64,000 nucleotides of DNA from a candidate division FCPU426 bacterium. GTDB taxonomy: Bacteria; Oederibacteriota; Muellerivitia; Muellerivitales; Muellerivitaceae. Shown here one piece after another: positions 35,745 to 46,075 of the stretch. Under the pieces are notes generated by a model. That model searched no databases. It worked only from the letters and a program-made list of their open reading frames with translations, and was not told the DNA's origin. Position 1 is the stretch's first letter, and every line of letters starts with the position of its first letter. The DNA lies in contig CAVYSE010000016.1 of the NCBI GenBank assembly GCA_963771075.1, positions 23,582 to 87,581 of the forward strand. The letters are read 5' to 3'. The translations under genes and the position numbers were made by a program.

Positions 35745-37271
35745 ATGAAAAATTGGATTCTTTTCTTTTGCCTCGTTACGGGATTAATCGGATGGAACAT
35801 AGCCTGCGGTCCGAAATCTTCCACCCCTACCACACCGGCCAATAATAATCCTCCCGCCGCGACCAATACCTTCACGGCAACCGCATCACCTACCGCAACG
35901 GGGGTAAATACCGTTACAAGCACGCCGACGAAGACTTCAACGGTTACCAGCACCATCACGGTCACCCCGACCATTACGGGAACCATTACGAGTACCGCCA
36001 CGTCAACCACCACGGGGACCCAAACGGACTCACCCACACCGACCACGACACCTACGCCAACCGAGACTCCAACGGTTACAAATTCTCCCACGATAACTGA
36101 CAGTCCCACCAATTCTCCAACCGTCAGTTACGCCACCTACCAAGCGACCTACACTTTCCCAAGTGATACCCAAGGATTTGCGGCGATCGGACAGATCGGC
36201 GGTAATCAGGTGACTATCCCCACGGGATGGACCAACAGCTTGAGCCCGGCCCCACCCGCCGGTGGAAACGCGATCACGGTGGCCGCTCCCTTTAATCTTG
36301 CGACCACTTGGACGTCCCAGCCTCCCGACAACGTGATCGTCGGCGTGGCATTCAGCACTCCGATCAACTTGAACGCTGGAAGCGTGATTACATTCGCTTA
36401 CGAGTGTCCAGGCAATACGACAAGCACTAGCGCGCAAATTGTCTTATATGCGGCCACTGGTAGCGCCTCCGGGGGGTCTCTTCCTGGCGGCTGGGTAAAC
36501 ACCCTTTCCACAACTTGGAGCCAGTGTGGAATTACGATCAGCAGTGCCGCAACAGGCGTCACGGAAATCGGGATGCAACTCTTATACGGCGGCGGGGCAT
36601 CGAATTACGCGCATGTCGGGCCTGTCACTGTCAATATAGCCTCGGTTTCGATCACCGATGGGCCTTCGGTCCTGCCAACCGCCACCTATACTCCAACCAT
36701 GATTCCCAATTACTCGATCACCTTCGAAGATGGTTCCGTGGATAGTTTCTGGGAAAACAGTCCAGCGACTTCAACGGGGTGTGTAATTTCGGCTCAATCG
36801 TATAGCACCCTGGGAATCACGGGCCTTACAACTCTTACGAACCCGAACAACTATGGAATGGATATGACCAATACAAGCGCGGGTGGTACATGGCAGCAAG
36901 CCGCAATGAATTATATTAATATTGGGGGCGGCACCAACGGGTTCCCCATGGACTTCACGTCTCTGGGAGCCGTAGGCGTCCGTTGCGAAATGTATGCGAT
37001 GCCAAATGTAACATCCTGGGCGGGTGGCGATATTGATATTGTCACAAGCGGAAGTACTTATGGTATCGGTGGCGCTAGTAATCTCGTCCCCGGAGGGTAT
37101 TCCTTTACCAATCTCACGGTTGGGTCGTGGGTAGAAGTCGCTTACGAACCAACAGGAGGTAATTGGTCTACCGACAAAACAAACGTAACGGGACTTATCG
37201 TTGAGGATACCTTCGGGGGCGGACAGGCCGCGACCTCGGACGTCATTGTGGACGATATCGAATTTTATTGA
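35745..37271 (+). CDS. Lipoprotein with Thr/Pro linker and two carbohydrate-binding-like beta-sandwich domains
   Basis: Lipobox-like NIA-C at residue 21; T/P repeat; domains start TYTFPSDTQGF / ITFEDGSVDSF and end VNIASVSI / VIVDDIEFY. Confidence 0.65.
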   Translation: MKNWILFFCLVTGLIGWNIACGPKSSTPTTPANNNPPAATNTFTATASPTATGVNTVTSTPTKTSTVTSTITVTPTITGTITSTATSTTTGTQTDSPTPTTTPTPTETPTVTNSPTITDSPTNSPTVSYATYQATYTFPSDTQGFAAIGQIGGNQVTIPTGWTNSLSPAPPAGGNAITVAAPFNLATTWTSQPPDNVIVGVAFSTPINLNAGSVITFAYECPGNTTSTSAQIVLYAATGSASGGSLPGGWVNTLSTTWSQCGITISSAATGVTEIGMQLLYGGGASNYAHVGPVTVNIASVSITDGPSVLPTATYTPTMIPNYSITFEDGSVDSFWENSPATSTGCVISAQSYSTLGITGLTTLTNPNNYGMDMTNTSAGGTWQQAAMNYINIGGGTNGFPMDFTSLGAVGVRCEMYAMPNVTSWAGGDIDIVTSGSTYGIGGASNLVPGGYSFTNLTVGSWVEVAYEPTGGNWSTDKTNVTGLIVEDTFGGGQAATSDVIVDDIEFY

Positions 37272-37289
37272 GCCGTACACAACACAGTC

Positions 37290-37326
37290 AAAAAGCGGCC
37301 CGCCTTCGGGGTGGGCCGCTTTTTTT
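37290..37326 (+). terminator. Rho-independent terminator (possibly bidirectional)
   Basis: AAAAAGCGGCCCGCC-TTCG-GGGTGGGCCGCTTTTTTT hairpin immediately after the lipoprotein stop. Confidence 0.85.
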
Positions 37327-37382
37327 ATAAGTTTTTTCAACGTGTTCTTGAAGCCTTTCGGTTATAAAATCTCTTCTCACTT

Positions 37383-38471
37383 ATGAACCCCACTAACCTA
37401 TCCCGTCGTAGTTACCTTGTTTTATCTTCCAAGGGTTCGGGCACCGGATGCGCCCTCCGGGCCTTCTATATCGCCGAGGCCTTGAGGCGGAAGGGCCATA
37501 CCGTCCATTTTCCCAAGCCCCTCCCCACCTTGCCCGGTTGGATTGATATGGCCTTCGCGAGTTTTTATTATTTCCTCTATTCCCTATTTGTTCGTTCGGA
37601 CTTGGCCCTTTGTATAAAACCCTACCCCATGGCCGTCCCAGCCCTATGGGTACAGAGGTTAAAGGGCGCAAAAGTTATCTTTGACGTAGACGACGTGGAT
37701 TACGCCTATAGCCACGGGCTCTTCCTCAAATTCCACCAATGGCTCCAAAGGCCCTGGCCCAATTGGGCCGACCGGGTGACCTACCACAATCCTAAACTTA
37801 AGGAAACTTTGCGGGATTTTTTCAAAGTTCCGAATTCAAAAATGCTTCAGTTGTCCCAGGGCGTGGACACCACGATCTTTAACACCGATGCCCTCCAAAA
37901 AAACGAACTCCCTTTGGGTGTGAATTCATGGGATCAAACCCGAAAGGGTCCCCTTTTGGGTTTCACCGCACATTTGAACGTGGCCTGTGATTTGGGCCCG
38001 GCTTTGGAGGCTTTTAGGTTCGTCCTTAAATCTTCTCCTAACGCCAGGCTCCTGGTGGCGGGAGGGGGGCCAGATGAGGGAAAATTTAAAGCCCAGGCCC
38101 AAGCCTTGGGCCTGTCGGATTCCATCCTTTTTACCGGTCTCATTAAGCCCAGTCAGGTGGCGGCTTGCCTGAAGCTATCCGACGTTGTGCTGGTCTACTA
38201 TGCCGACAACCCCGCCAACCAACACCGGTCCTCAATGAAACTTCGGGAATCCCTTGCTTGCGGTCGGAAGGTGGTGGCGACCCAGGTAGGAGAAGCCGCT
38301 TCTTGGAAAAAAGCCCTATTCCTATCTAAAGCTGACCCTTTAAGCTTTTCCAAGGCCATTTGGGGAGCCCTCAAGGCTAAAAAAAACCCACCCCAAGCGG
38401 CTTTACTGGTAAAAAAGTGGGGCTGGGATACCTGTGTGCGACCCTTGGAAAAGGACTGGAACATCCTTTGA
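37383..38471 (+). CDS. Glycosyltransferase family 4
   Basis: DVDD, QGVD, VAGGGPD, SMKLRESLACG..VVATQVG. Confidence 0.85.
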   Translation: MNPTNLSRRSYLVLSSKGSGTGCALRAFYIAEALRRKGHTVHFPKPLPTLPGWIDMAFASFYYFLYSLFVRSDLALCIKPYPMAVPALWVQRLKGAKVIFDVDDVDYAYSHGLFLKFHQWLQRPWPNWADRVTYHNPKLKETLRDFFKVPNSKMLQLSQGVDTTIFNTDALQKNELPLGVNSWDQTRKGPLLGFTAHLNVACDLGPALEAFRFVLKSSPNARLLVAGGGPDEGKFKAQAQALGLSDSILFTGLIKPSQVAACLKLSDVVLVYYADNPANQHRSSMKLRESLACGRKVVATQVGEAASWKKALFLSKADPLSFSKAIWGALKAKKNPPQAALLVKKWGWDTCVRPLEKDWNIL

Positions 38472-39433
38472 TGCGACGCCTTAGTTCTTTCGCCTTCCTG
38501 TTAGGCCCACTTCTTCTTTATCTTCTTTTAAAATCGGTCGACCTGAAGGCCGCTATGCATATCCTTGAATCGGCCAGTCCCTTCTGGGTCATCCTGTCTT
38601 TCTTGTTTATCCTTCCCGAAATCATCCTCAAAGCCTTCCGCATCAGCGGTTTGGCGGGCATATTCCACTCCCGATTGACCGTGAAGGATTCCATGCAGAT
38701 ATACCTGGCGGGTCAGCCCCTATCCGCAGTCACCCCCGCCAAGTTGGGTGACATCGTGCGGGTTCTTGGGATTATCCGCTGGGGAAACTTACGCCCCCAT
38801 TGCGCCTTTGCCGTGCATGTGGCCGATAAGGTATATGACCTGTTGGCCCTCGGCCTCCTGGCGGCGATCGGAATGATTTCGCTCATTCTTCAAAACCAAA
38901 ACCAAGCTCCCGCCGAGGCCGCGCTTCTGGGAATAGGGATTGGAATTATCCTGATGGCCCTGGTCTTGAATCCCGAGTGGATGAAACTGGTTTTGAAACC
39001 GCTCTTGCTGTTACTTGCCCCTAAAAAGCTAGCGGAACAATTCTCGGCCCATGGGCGGGATTTTTATAAGGAACTCCATAGCCTCTTTCAACCCGCCCGC
39101 CTCTTCGGGCCTTTCGCCCTCTCCCTCCTGGCATGGGTCACCGTTATCATTCGCGCTTATTTTTGCGCCCTGGCCTTGGGACTCCCCCTGACCTTCACCT
39201 CCATTGCCCTGCTCCTGCCGGTGGTGATCGTGATAGAATTTATCCCCATCACTATCCTCGGTTTTGGAACCCGGGAGGCCGCCTTGTTCGTTTTTTTCGC
39301 TTCAGCCCTGATCGATAAATCCGGGCTTGTTTCCTTTTCATTCATGATGGTTCTGGCGGGTCCAATCTTCACCGCGCTGGCGGGAATTCCTTTTGCCATG
39401 AAACTCAGCGCCCAGTTAAAGGCGAACCCATGA
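38471..39433 (+). CDS. Lysylphosphatidylglycerol synthase TM / UPF0104 flippase-like membrane protein
   Basis: TPAKLGD, DKVYD and PITILGFGTREA motifs; multi-TM. Confidence 0.85.
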   Translation: MRRLSSFAFLLGPLLLYLLLKSVDLKAAMHILESASPFWVILSFLFILPEIILKAFRISGLAGIFHSRLTVKDSMQIYLAGQPLSAVTPAKLGDIVRVLGIIRWGNLRPHCAFAVHVADKVYDLLALGLLAAIGMISLILQNQNQAPAEAALLGIGIGIILMALVLNPEWMKLVLKPLLLLLAPKKLAEQFSAHGRDFYKELHSLFQPARLFGPFALSLLAWVTVIIRAYFCALALGLPLTFTSIALLLPVVIVIEFIPITILGFGTREAALFVFFASALIDKSGLVSFSFMMVLAGPIFTALAGIPFAMKLSAQLKANP

Positions 39434-40446
39434 AAATTCTCCCTTACAGCGTGGTCATCGCGGTGGACCGTACCGACAAGGAACTTCCGGTACTGAAGGG
39501 ACTTCGTGCCCTGCCGCTTTCCGAACGTCCCCGGGAAATCTTCGCCAGCGTGGGGCGGAATCCCTCCCTCCAACGCAACCTTGGCGTCGGACAATGCCGG
39601 TCCCCATTCGTTTATTTCCTCGATGATGACAGCGTGGTCGCGTCGGGCACCCCCACCCATCTGCTTTCTCATTTCGAGGACAAACGCACCGCAGTGGCGG
39701 GAGGCCCCAACCTGGTTCCCCCCGACGCCTCCTCCTTCGAGCGTACCGTCAATTCGGTCCTGGCCTCCTGGATGGGCAGTTTCAAGGTGCGTTACCGATA
39801 CGCGGCCATCGGATCGGTGAAGGAGGCCACGGAGAGCGACTTGATCCTCTGCAACATGATGGTGCGGCGGGAAGTGTTCCAAGGCCAGAAGGGTTTCCGG
39901 GTCGATTTGTACCCCAATGAAGAGAATGAGTTCCTCAACCGCTTGATGCACCACTCTTACCGTTTAGTCTACGATCCCCGCGGGGCGGTTTACCGCTCCC
40001 GGCGAAAGAGCCTGCAGGCCTTCTGCGTCCAAGCCTTCCGCTATGGCCGCGGAAGGGCCCGCCAGATCAAGGTCTATCCCTGTCTGTCGGACTTGATCCA
40101 CTTGACTCCCCTTTTCTTCGTTTTTTATCTTTTGACCCTTCCCCTTTCCCTTTTCATTTACGTGCCCCATTCGAATCTTTTCGAGGGTTTCTGGTGGTCC
40201 CCCTTTCTCCTATTCGGCGCCCTTTCTTTGGGAACGGGAATTTCCGCCGCTTCCTGGCACCGCCGGGCGATGGATACGGTGAAAGTTCCCATACTGATTT
40301 TCCTCCGCCATTTCCTTTACGGCATAGGGCTTCTGGTTGGTTTTCTGACCGCCCCGCTCAAACCCGTCCAGGAAGCCAAACTATTCCAGGTTCGGTGGAC
40401 GAAAGATTCCTATAAGATGGTGCCTGTTTCGAAAGCTGCGAATTAA
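39430..40446 (+). CDS. Glycosyltransferase family 2
   Basis: QRNLG, FLDDD, GGP, YPNEE, YGRGR; C-terminal TM helices. Confidence 0.85.
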   Translation: MKILPYSVVIAVDRTDKELPVLKGLRALPLSERPREIFASVGRNPSLQRNLGVGQCRSPFVYFLDDDSVVASGTPTHLLSHFEDKRTAVAGGPNLVPPDASSFERTVNSVLASWMGSFKVRYRYAAIGSVKEATESDLILCNMMVRREVFQGQKGFRVDLYPNEENEFLNRLMHHSYRLVYDPRGAVYRSRRKSLQAFCVQAFRYGRGRARQIKVYPCLSDLIHLTPLFFVFYLLTLPLSLFIYVPHSNLFEGFWWSPFLLFGALSLGTGISAASWHRRAMDTVKVPILIFLRHFLYGIGLLVGFLTAPLKPVQEAKLFQVRWTKDSYKMVPVSKAAN

Positions 40447-40479
40447 TTCCAGCTCCCTTAAGAGCCCCGAGGTATCCCG

Positions 40480-42789
40480 ATGGAGGAACAAGCCAACCGC
40501 AAAACCTGGTCCTCGCCCTTGCTTTACGCAGCGGCCGGTTTGATCGCTTATTTCCACTGCCTGGTGCTCAACCAGGCCTATTTCGCCAATGACTTACTGA
40601 ACCAGTACAGTCATTTCCGGGCGATCGTCCGGGACCAGATCTTTTCGGGCCACTTCCCCTTATGGAACCCTTACTTTTTCGGGGGCCAACCCATCTTCGC
40701 CGACCCTAACGTGATGATGGCTTATCCCCTCAATTATTTGACCCTCTTGTTTCCTATCGCCTACGGACTCGGCGTTTTTTATGTCATTCATTTCTTTATC
40801 GCCGCCTGCGGAGTTCACTTTTGGCTGAAGGGGATGCGTTTATCCGAAAACGCCTGCCGCCTGGGAGCCCTGCTCTTTTCCCTTTCCGGCTTTTTCTGGT
40901 GGGAACTGATCCACCCGCCCATCCTGGCGGCGTTCGCTTGGCTTCCCTGGTGGCTGGGGGCCCTGGCAAGGCTCAGCCAGGCTTGGACACCCTCCCAGGC
41001 CTTCGGGACGGGCTTGGCCTTCGCGATGATCTTCGTGAGCGGCAACTTCCAAATGACCAGCTATTTCCTTTACTTGGGCCTGGCTTATTTCCTGATTCTC
41101 GTGTTTCTTTCCGGAGGCAAGGAGGCCGTTTCCAAGGGAATACCCTGGAAAAAAGTCCCACTCGTCCTTCTCTTTGGGATGTGGGGAGGTCTTTTCCTCC
41201 TTGTTCATATGATCCCGACCTATGAGTTTTCCAAATATACCAACCGCGACAGCGCCAACCAAACCTATGACACCTTCAACGCCCAATTTTCAATGAAGCC
41301 CGAAACTTCTTATACCCTGCTTTTTCCCGACTTGGGTCTAAAACAGGGAGAGACCGCGGAACAGGCCATCCAATATTTCGACCCAAAGACCATTGATAAC
41401 GACTCTTACGGTATGTTTGGTTATTTGGGGATCTGGGTGCCTTTCTTGGTCTGGATGGCCTTCCGTCGGAAGGAAAAAATATTGGTTTGGGGGCTCCTCG
41501 GATTGGCCGTCCTTTGCCTGATGGCGGCTTGGGGTAAAAATATTCCCCTCCACCGGTTGCTTTGTACCCTTTTGCCCGGGATCAATCTCAGCAGGGCGCC
41601 CTTTAGGGCGATTGGGGGAACGGTGGCCTGCCTTTGCGCGCTCTCGGCCATTGGATTCCAGTCACTGGAGAAGGCACTGGGGACGGGGGAAAAAATCTCA
41701 ACTTCGCTGACAGTGGCCTTTGGCGGCGCGGGCATTCTTTTTTTGGTGGGTTGTTTGAACCCGGCCAACGACTGGCGGGAACTTTTAAGCCTATTGGCGG
41801 GCGCCCTGGGTCTTTTTCTATGGGGGATGACGGAAGCCTGGAAAAAATTGGGCCGGTGGCTTTTCGTGACGGCGTTGATCGCCCCCCTTTACCTTTCTGG
41901 CTGGGGCGATTTCTCATGGGGGCCCGCCTCCAACTATGACTTCGAGACAAACTTTCCGGCCTTTACGGCACTGAAGTCCAACGAGAAGGACGGAAGGTTC
42001 TTTTTCGATTGTCACGACGGCCGCTCCGACCTTCCTTACCCCGTGCGCATGGGAAACCAAACCTACCGGTGGCATTTCCCCGAGGACGCTCCGATGGTGA
42101 TGGGAATTCGCGACTCAAGCGGATACAACCCCATTTACCTGTTGGACCCCTATAATCTCCGCGCCCTTCCCCTCGAGACCTACACCAAGCTCATGGCGAT
42201 CAAGGGCTTTCTTCTTGGAAAGGATATGGGGAACTTCCCCGGCTACTCCCGCCAGGATTTGGGCGGCGTTTATTATTTCGGTTCTCTTAACCCGCCTTCT
42301 TATCTATACGCTCCATACCAATACAAGGTGAATTCCGACACGAAGAGCGCTATCGCTTATATGAAAGACCCGGCGTTCGACCCCGCCCAAACGGTGGTTT
42401 TATCCTCGGAACTCCCGGACTCGGTGAAAAACCAGCTTTCAGGGAAAAAAGCCGCCTTGAAGTACGAGTGGACCAAGGACGAGATGAACTCCCAGGCCTT
42501 TCAGGTGACCCTGGACCAAAACAGCTTGGTGACCTTTTCGGAAATCATTTTTCCCGGATGGAAAGCTTGGATTGACGGCAAACCGGCTGAACTACTGAAG
42601 GCCGACAACGCTTTAAGGGCTCTTTTCTTGCCTTCTGGAAGCCATTTGGTTGAATTTCGCTATGAACCCTCCTGGGCAATGCCTCTCTTGGCGCTGGCGG
42701 TCGTTTGGTTCATCTCCCTCTTGGGTTATTGTGTCTGGCTCTGGCGTAAGCGGAGCCATCCCTCTCTTGGCGCCTCCCATCCCGCGTAA
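40480..42789 (+). CDS. YfhO-family membrane protein (putative GT-C)
   Basis: GHFPLWNPY.FGGQP..AD, GYNP, FPGWKAWIDGKP..G.HLVEFRYEP. Confidence 0.8.
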   Translation: MEEQANRKTWSSPLLYAAAGLIAYFHCLVLNQAYFANDLLNQYSHFRAIVRDQIFSGHFPLWNPYFFGGQPIFADPNVMMAYPLNYLTLLFPIAYGLGVFYVIHFFIAACGVHFWLKGMRLSENACRLGALLFSLSGFFWWELIHPPILAAFAWLPWWLGALARLSQAWTPSQAFGTGLAFAMIFVSGNFQMTSYFLYLGLAYFLILVFLSGGKEAVSKGIPWKKVPLVLLFGMWGGLFLLVHMIPTYEFSKYTNRDSANQTYDTFNAQFSMKPETSYTLLFPDLGLKQGETAEQAIQYFDPKTIDNDSYGMFGYLGIWVPFLVWMAFRRKEKILVWGLLGLAVLCLMAAWGKNIPLHRLLCTLLPGINLSRAPFRAIGGTVACLCALSAIGFQSLEKALGTGEKISTSLTVAFGGAGILFLVGCLNPANDWRELLSLLAGALGLFLWGMTEAWKKLGRWLFVTALIAPLYLSGWGDFSWGPASNYDFETNFPAFTALKSNEKDGRFFFDCHDGRSDLPYPVRMGNQTYRWHFPEDAPMVMGIRDSSGYNPIYLLDPYNLRALPLETYTKLMAIKGFLLGKDMGNFPGYSRQDLGGVYYFGSLNPPSYLYAPYQYKVNSDTKSAIAYMKDPAFDPAQTVVLSSELPDSVKNQLSGKKAALKYEWTKDEMNSQAFQVTLDQNSLVTFSEIIFPGWKAWIDGKPAELLKADNALRALFLPSGSHLVEFRYEPSWAMPLLALAVVWFISLLGYCVWLWRKRSHPSLGASHPA

Positions 42790-45076
42790 CGAGAACTTGG
42801 CCCACTGGGAAAATGTTCTCCCATGGCTCTATGGGTTTTTGGCCTTAACCGCTTTTTCCCGCTGCCTATTCCTCGGGCAGGCCTATTTCGACAACGACCT
42901 ATTGGCCCAATTCGGGCCCTGGCGGGCCTTTTTAAGAACCCAGCTTCTAAGCGGCCACTTTCCCCTTTGGAATCCCTATCTTTTAGGGGGCTGCCCCTTC
43001 CTCGCCGACCTGCAAAACATGGTTTTTTACCCCCTCAACTGGCTGACCCTCCCCTTTTCCGTACCCACGGGCATGAGCCTTTTTTTCTGCCTTCATTTCT
43101 TTTTGGCCCTTTGGGGAATGGATTTTCTTTTGAATGGCCTGGGGCTCTCTCCCGTCTCCCGGTTCGCGGGAGCCCTGATCTACGGATTCTCCAATTTTTT
43201 CTGGCTGGAAATCATCCATCCTCCGGTTCTGGCGGCTTTCGCCTTGCTTCCATGGATGATGGGATCCATCGACCGTTGGACGATGACCCTAACCCCGAAA
43301 TGGTCTTTCCTTAGCGGATTTTCCTTCGCGCTTCTTTTCCTTTGCGGTAGCCCGCAATTGGCTATCGGCGCTTTCTATGGAGGCCTGTTTTTTTCCCTAT
43401 TCGGTCTTTGGTTTCGCCCGAATCAAGATGCCCCCTTTTCCTGGCCAAAACTTGCGCTAACTTTTCTTTTCGTAATTTGGGGCGCCTTGCCTCTCCTGGC
43501 CCAATGGGTTCCTTCTCTTGAGTTCTCACAACTCTCGGATCGGGGCTCGGGCATTCCCTGGGACCAGTTAAAACATTCCCTTTCCCTCAACCCGGGGGAT
43601 TTCTACCAGGCCTTTCTTCCGCGCATTCAACTTCCGGATCACACCAGCTTGGCGGAGGCGGTTCAATTGCGGGATGGTCCCGATCACTTAGCCACCAGCT
43701 ACTTGGGAATGTGGGCTTTCGCGGGAATCTGGACACCCCTGCTCGTAATCGGCGGCTTAATTCGCGTCAAAAGGAATAATACTTTGTTCTGGGTATTACT
43801 GGCCTTGGCGGGCCTGATCTTGAGCCTGGGCCAATTCACTCCCCTATTCCACTGGATCTTTCTTTACTTGCCGGGTTTTTCCATGATTCGCGTGGCTTAT
43901 CGTTATCTTTATCTTTTCATTTTGCCTGTGAGTGTCCTGGCCGCTTGGGGTTGGGAGACGGTTTTTGAGAAACCATCCGAGCCTTCAATTGGAAGGTTTG
44001 GAAAATATCTGTATTGGATATACGGCATCTTTCTTTTTCTTGCCGCTTGGACGCGTCCCTCATTCAACTGGAGAGAGATAATCGCCCTGGTCTTGGGTCT
44101 TCTTGCCATGGCGGGTTGGAAAGGGTATTTCGGAGGGAAAAAAGGCAAACAAATATTGGCCATGTCGGCCCTGGCCGTTCCGCTGTTTCTGAATGCTTGG
44201 GGCGTCTTCCAGCCCGGTCCCGCCTCCAACTTCGATTTTGAGAAGAATTCCAAAAGTTTGGCCCTATGGGGCAAATCCCTCGCCCCACGCAGGATCTTCT
44301 TTGACAATGCCCATATGTATTACCCCATCCAGGTCAACGGCACGAAATATATCCTGAATTACCCCCAAAATACCGCCGCTGACCTGAGGATAAAAGACAT
44401 CGGGGGATACAACCCCCTTGTGCTGAAAGCCAAAAACGAACTGGGAACCTTGCCCTTTCCCTTGGTGGCCCGCCTCACTGCTATCGGAGGAGTGGTGACC
44501 GGATTTGATCAAAGCTCATTCCTGGGTTTGGATTTGACCCGGAAAACCCAAGACTTTGATTTGCGAAAAGAAGCTCCCTACCAATTCCTTATCCCTAACC
44601 GCTTGCCCTCTTATGTGTTCGCCCCCAAAAATGTTTTAAGCGTGAGCGATTCCCAATCCTCCCTGGCCCTCTTGCGTGATCCGGGTTTCGACCCTGACCA
44701 AACGGTCGTTCTACTGTCCCCCCCCGCTTTTAGTTTTAGCCTGGGAACTGATACCCCGGTTCTTTCATATGAGGTCCTTCTGGATGAGACGGACCGCCAA
44801 TCCTTCGCGGTTACGGTAAGCCGCCCCTGTGTGGCCGTATTTTGCGAGAACCAATACCCCGGCTGGAAGGCCTGGGTGGACGGCAAGCCCACTCCGATCT
44901 TGACGGCTGACCAACTACTTAGGGCGCTGCCTTTGGAAGGTGGATCTCACCGAGTGGAATTTCGTTTCGAACCGTTTTGGTGGCCCTGGGTAACCGTGGG
45001 GCTTGCGGCTTGGCTGGTCTTATCCCTCATGGCTGTATTGTTTTATCGAAAAAGACTTATCCCGGCTGTTTCCTAA
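42767..45076 (+). CDS. YfhO-family membrane protein (putative GT-C), paralogue of the upstream gene
   Basis: GHFPLWNPY.LGG.P..AD, IHPPVLAAFA, GPASNFDFE, YPGWKAWVDGKP..HRVEFRFEP; start approximate (TTG). Confidence 0.8.
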   Translation: MAPPIPRNENLAHWENVLPWLYGFLALTAFSRCLFLGQAYFDNDLLAQFGPWRAFLRTQLLSGHFPLWNPYLLGGCPFLADLQNMVFYPLNWLTLPFSVPTGMSLFFCLHFFLALWGMDFLLNGLGLSPVSRFAGALIYGFSNFFWLEIIHPPVLAAFALLPWMMGSIDRWTMTLTPKWSFLSGFSFALLFLCGSPQLAIGAFYGGLFFSLFGLWFRPNQDAPFSWPKLALTFLFVIWGALPLLAQWVPSLEFSQLSDRGSGIPWDQLKHSLSLNPGDFYQAFLPRIQLPDHTSLAEAVQLRDGPDHLATSYLGMWAFAGIWTPLLVIGGLIRVKRNNTLFWVLLALAGLILSLGQFTPLFHWIFLYLPGFSMIRVAYRYLYLFILPVSVLAAWGWETVFEKPSEPSIGRFGKYLYWIYGIFLFLAAWTRPSFNWREIIALVLGLLAMAGWKGYFGGKKGKQILAMSALAVPLFLNAWGVFQPGPASNFDFEKNSKSLALWGKSLAPRRIFFDNAHMYYPIQVNGTKYILNYPQNTAADLRIKDIGGYNPLVLKAKNELGTLPFPLVARLTAIGGVVTGFDQSSFLGLDLTRKTQDFDLRKEAPYQFLIPNRLPSYVFAPKNVLSVSDSQSSLALLRDPGFDPDQTVVLLSPPAFSFSLGTDTPVLSYEVLLDETDRQSFAVTVSRPCVAVFCENQYPGWKAWVDGKPTPILTADQLLRALPLEGGSHRVEFRFEPFWWPWVTVGLAAWLVLSLMAVLFYRKRLIPAVS

Positions 45077-45148
45077 AGGGGTAAGTGGGTTTATCTAGGC
45101 CTTTCCTTTCATTACAATGGCCCCATTCCATCCGAACAGGATCCAGAC

Positions 45149-46054
45149 ATGCTGACCCGAAATCAATTCATCCGCTCCCACGGTTTGGGCAACGACTACC
45201 TGGTCATGGATCCGGCCCAACTTTCATTCAAGCTGACACCCCAAAACATCATCCGGATCTGCAACCGTAACACGGGCGTGGGGTCTGACGGTATTTTGGT
45301 ATTGGAACCAGCCGAAGGTTCCCTCGCCAAGCTGAGGATCTATAACCCGGACGGTAGCGAAGCTGAAAAAAGCGGCAACGGTTTGCGCATTTTCTGCAAA
45401 TTCCTCTTTGAGCATGGATACACCGAAAAATCATTCTTTCAAATTGAAACCGCGGGCGGCAAGGTCCAGGCCCAGCTTCATTTGGTGGTGGGTAAGGCGG
45501 TGGCGGTTACGGTCGAAATGGGCAAGGCCAGTTTTGACGCTGACAAAATACCCGTGAAAAACTGCGTCGGGGAAGTGGTTCGGTTTCCCTTGCCCTTGAC
45601 CATTCCCCCCGAGGCCGGGGGCTTGAAAATAGAAACGCTGGAAGCGACCTGTGTGACCGTGGGGAATCCCCATTGCGTGGTCTTTTTTGAGACACTGAAA
45701 GAAGCGGATGAGAAAATCCACCTTTGGGGACCCCTTTTAGAGCGCCATCCCGCTTTTCCCAACCGAAGCAACGTACAATTCGTAAAGGTGGATAACGATA
45801 AGGAAATCTCGGTCCGCATCTGGGAAAGGGGCGCGGGCTATACCCTGGCCTCCGGTTCCTCCTCCTGCGCGGCAGCGGCGGCTTGTGTTAAAACCGGCCG
45901 GACAGGCCGGGACTTGACGGTCCATATGCCGGGCGGGGATCTTTCCATCAAGGTGAGCGAGAACTTCGACCTGACCATGCGGGGCCCGGTTGAGGAGATC
46001 TGCCTCGGTCATGTTTCAGGCGAACTGCTTAATTATTTAGAGAGCCATTCATAA
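45149..46054 (+). CDS. dapF: Diaminopimelate epimerase-like protein with Ser at both catalytic Cys positions
   Basis: HGLGNDY, GVGSDG, NPDGSEAEKSGNG, VGNPHCV, WERGAGYTLASGSS. Confidence 0.85.
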   Translation: MLTRNQFIRSHGLGNDYLVMDPAQLSFKLTPQNIIRICNRNTGVGSDGILVLEPAEGSLAKLRIYNPDGSEAEKSGNGLRIFCKFLFEHGYTEKSFFQIETAGGKVQAQLHLVVGKAVAVTVEMGKASFDADKIPVKNCVGEVVRFPLPLTIPPEAGGLKIETLEATCVTVGNPHCVVFFETLKEADEKIHLWGPLLERHPAFPNRSNVQFVKVDNDKEISVRIWERGAGYTLASGSSSCAAAAACVKTGRTGRDLTVHMPGGDLSIKVSENFDLTMRGPVEEICLGHVSGELLNYLESHS

Positions 46055-46075
46055 CCGATTTTTCAAAGGTCTTTC

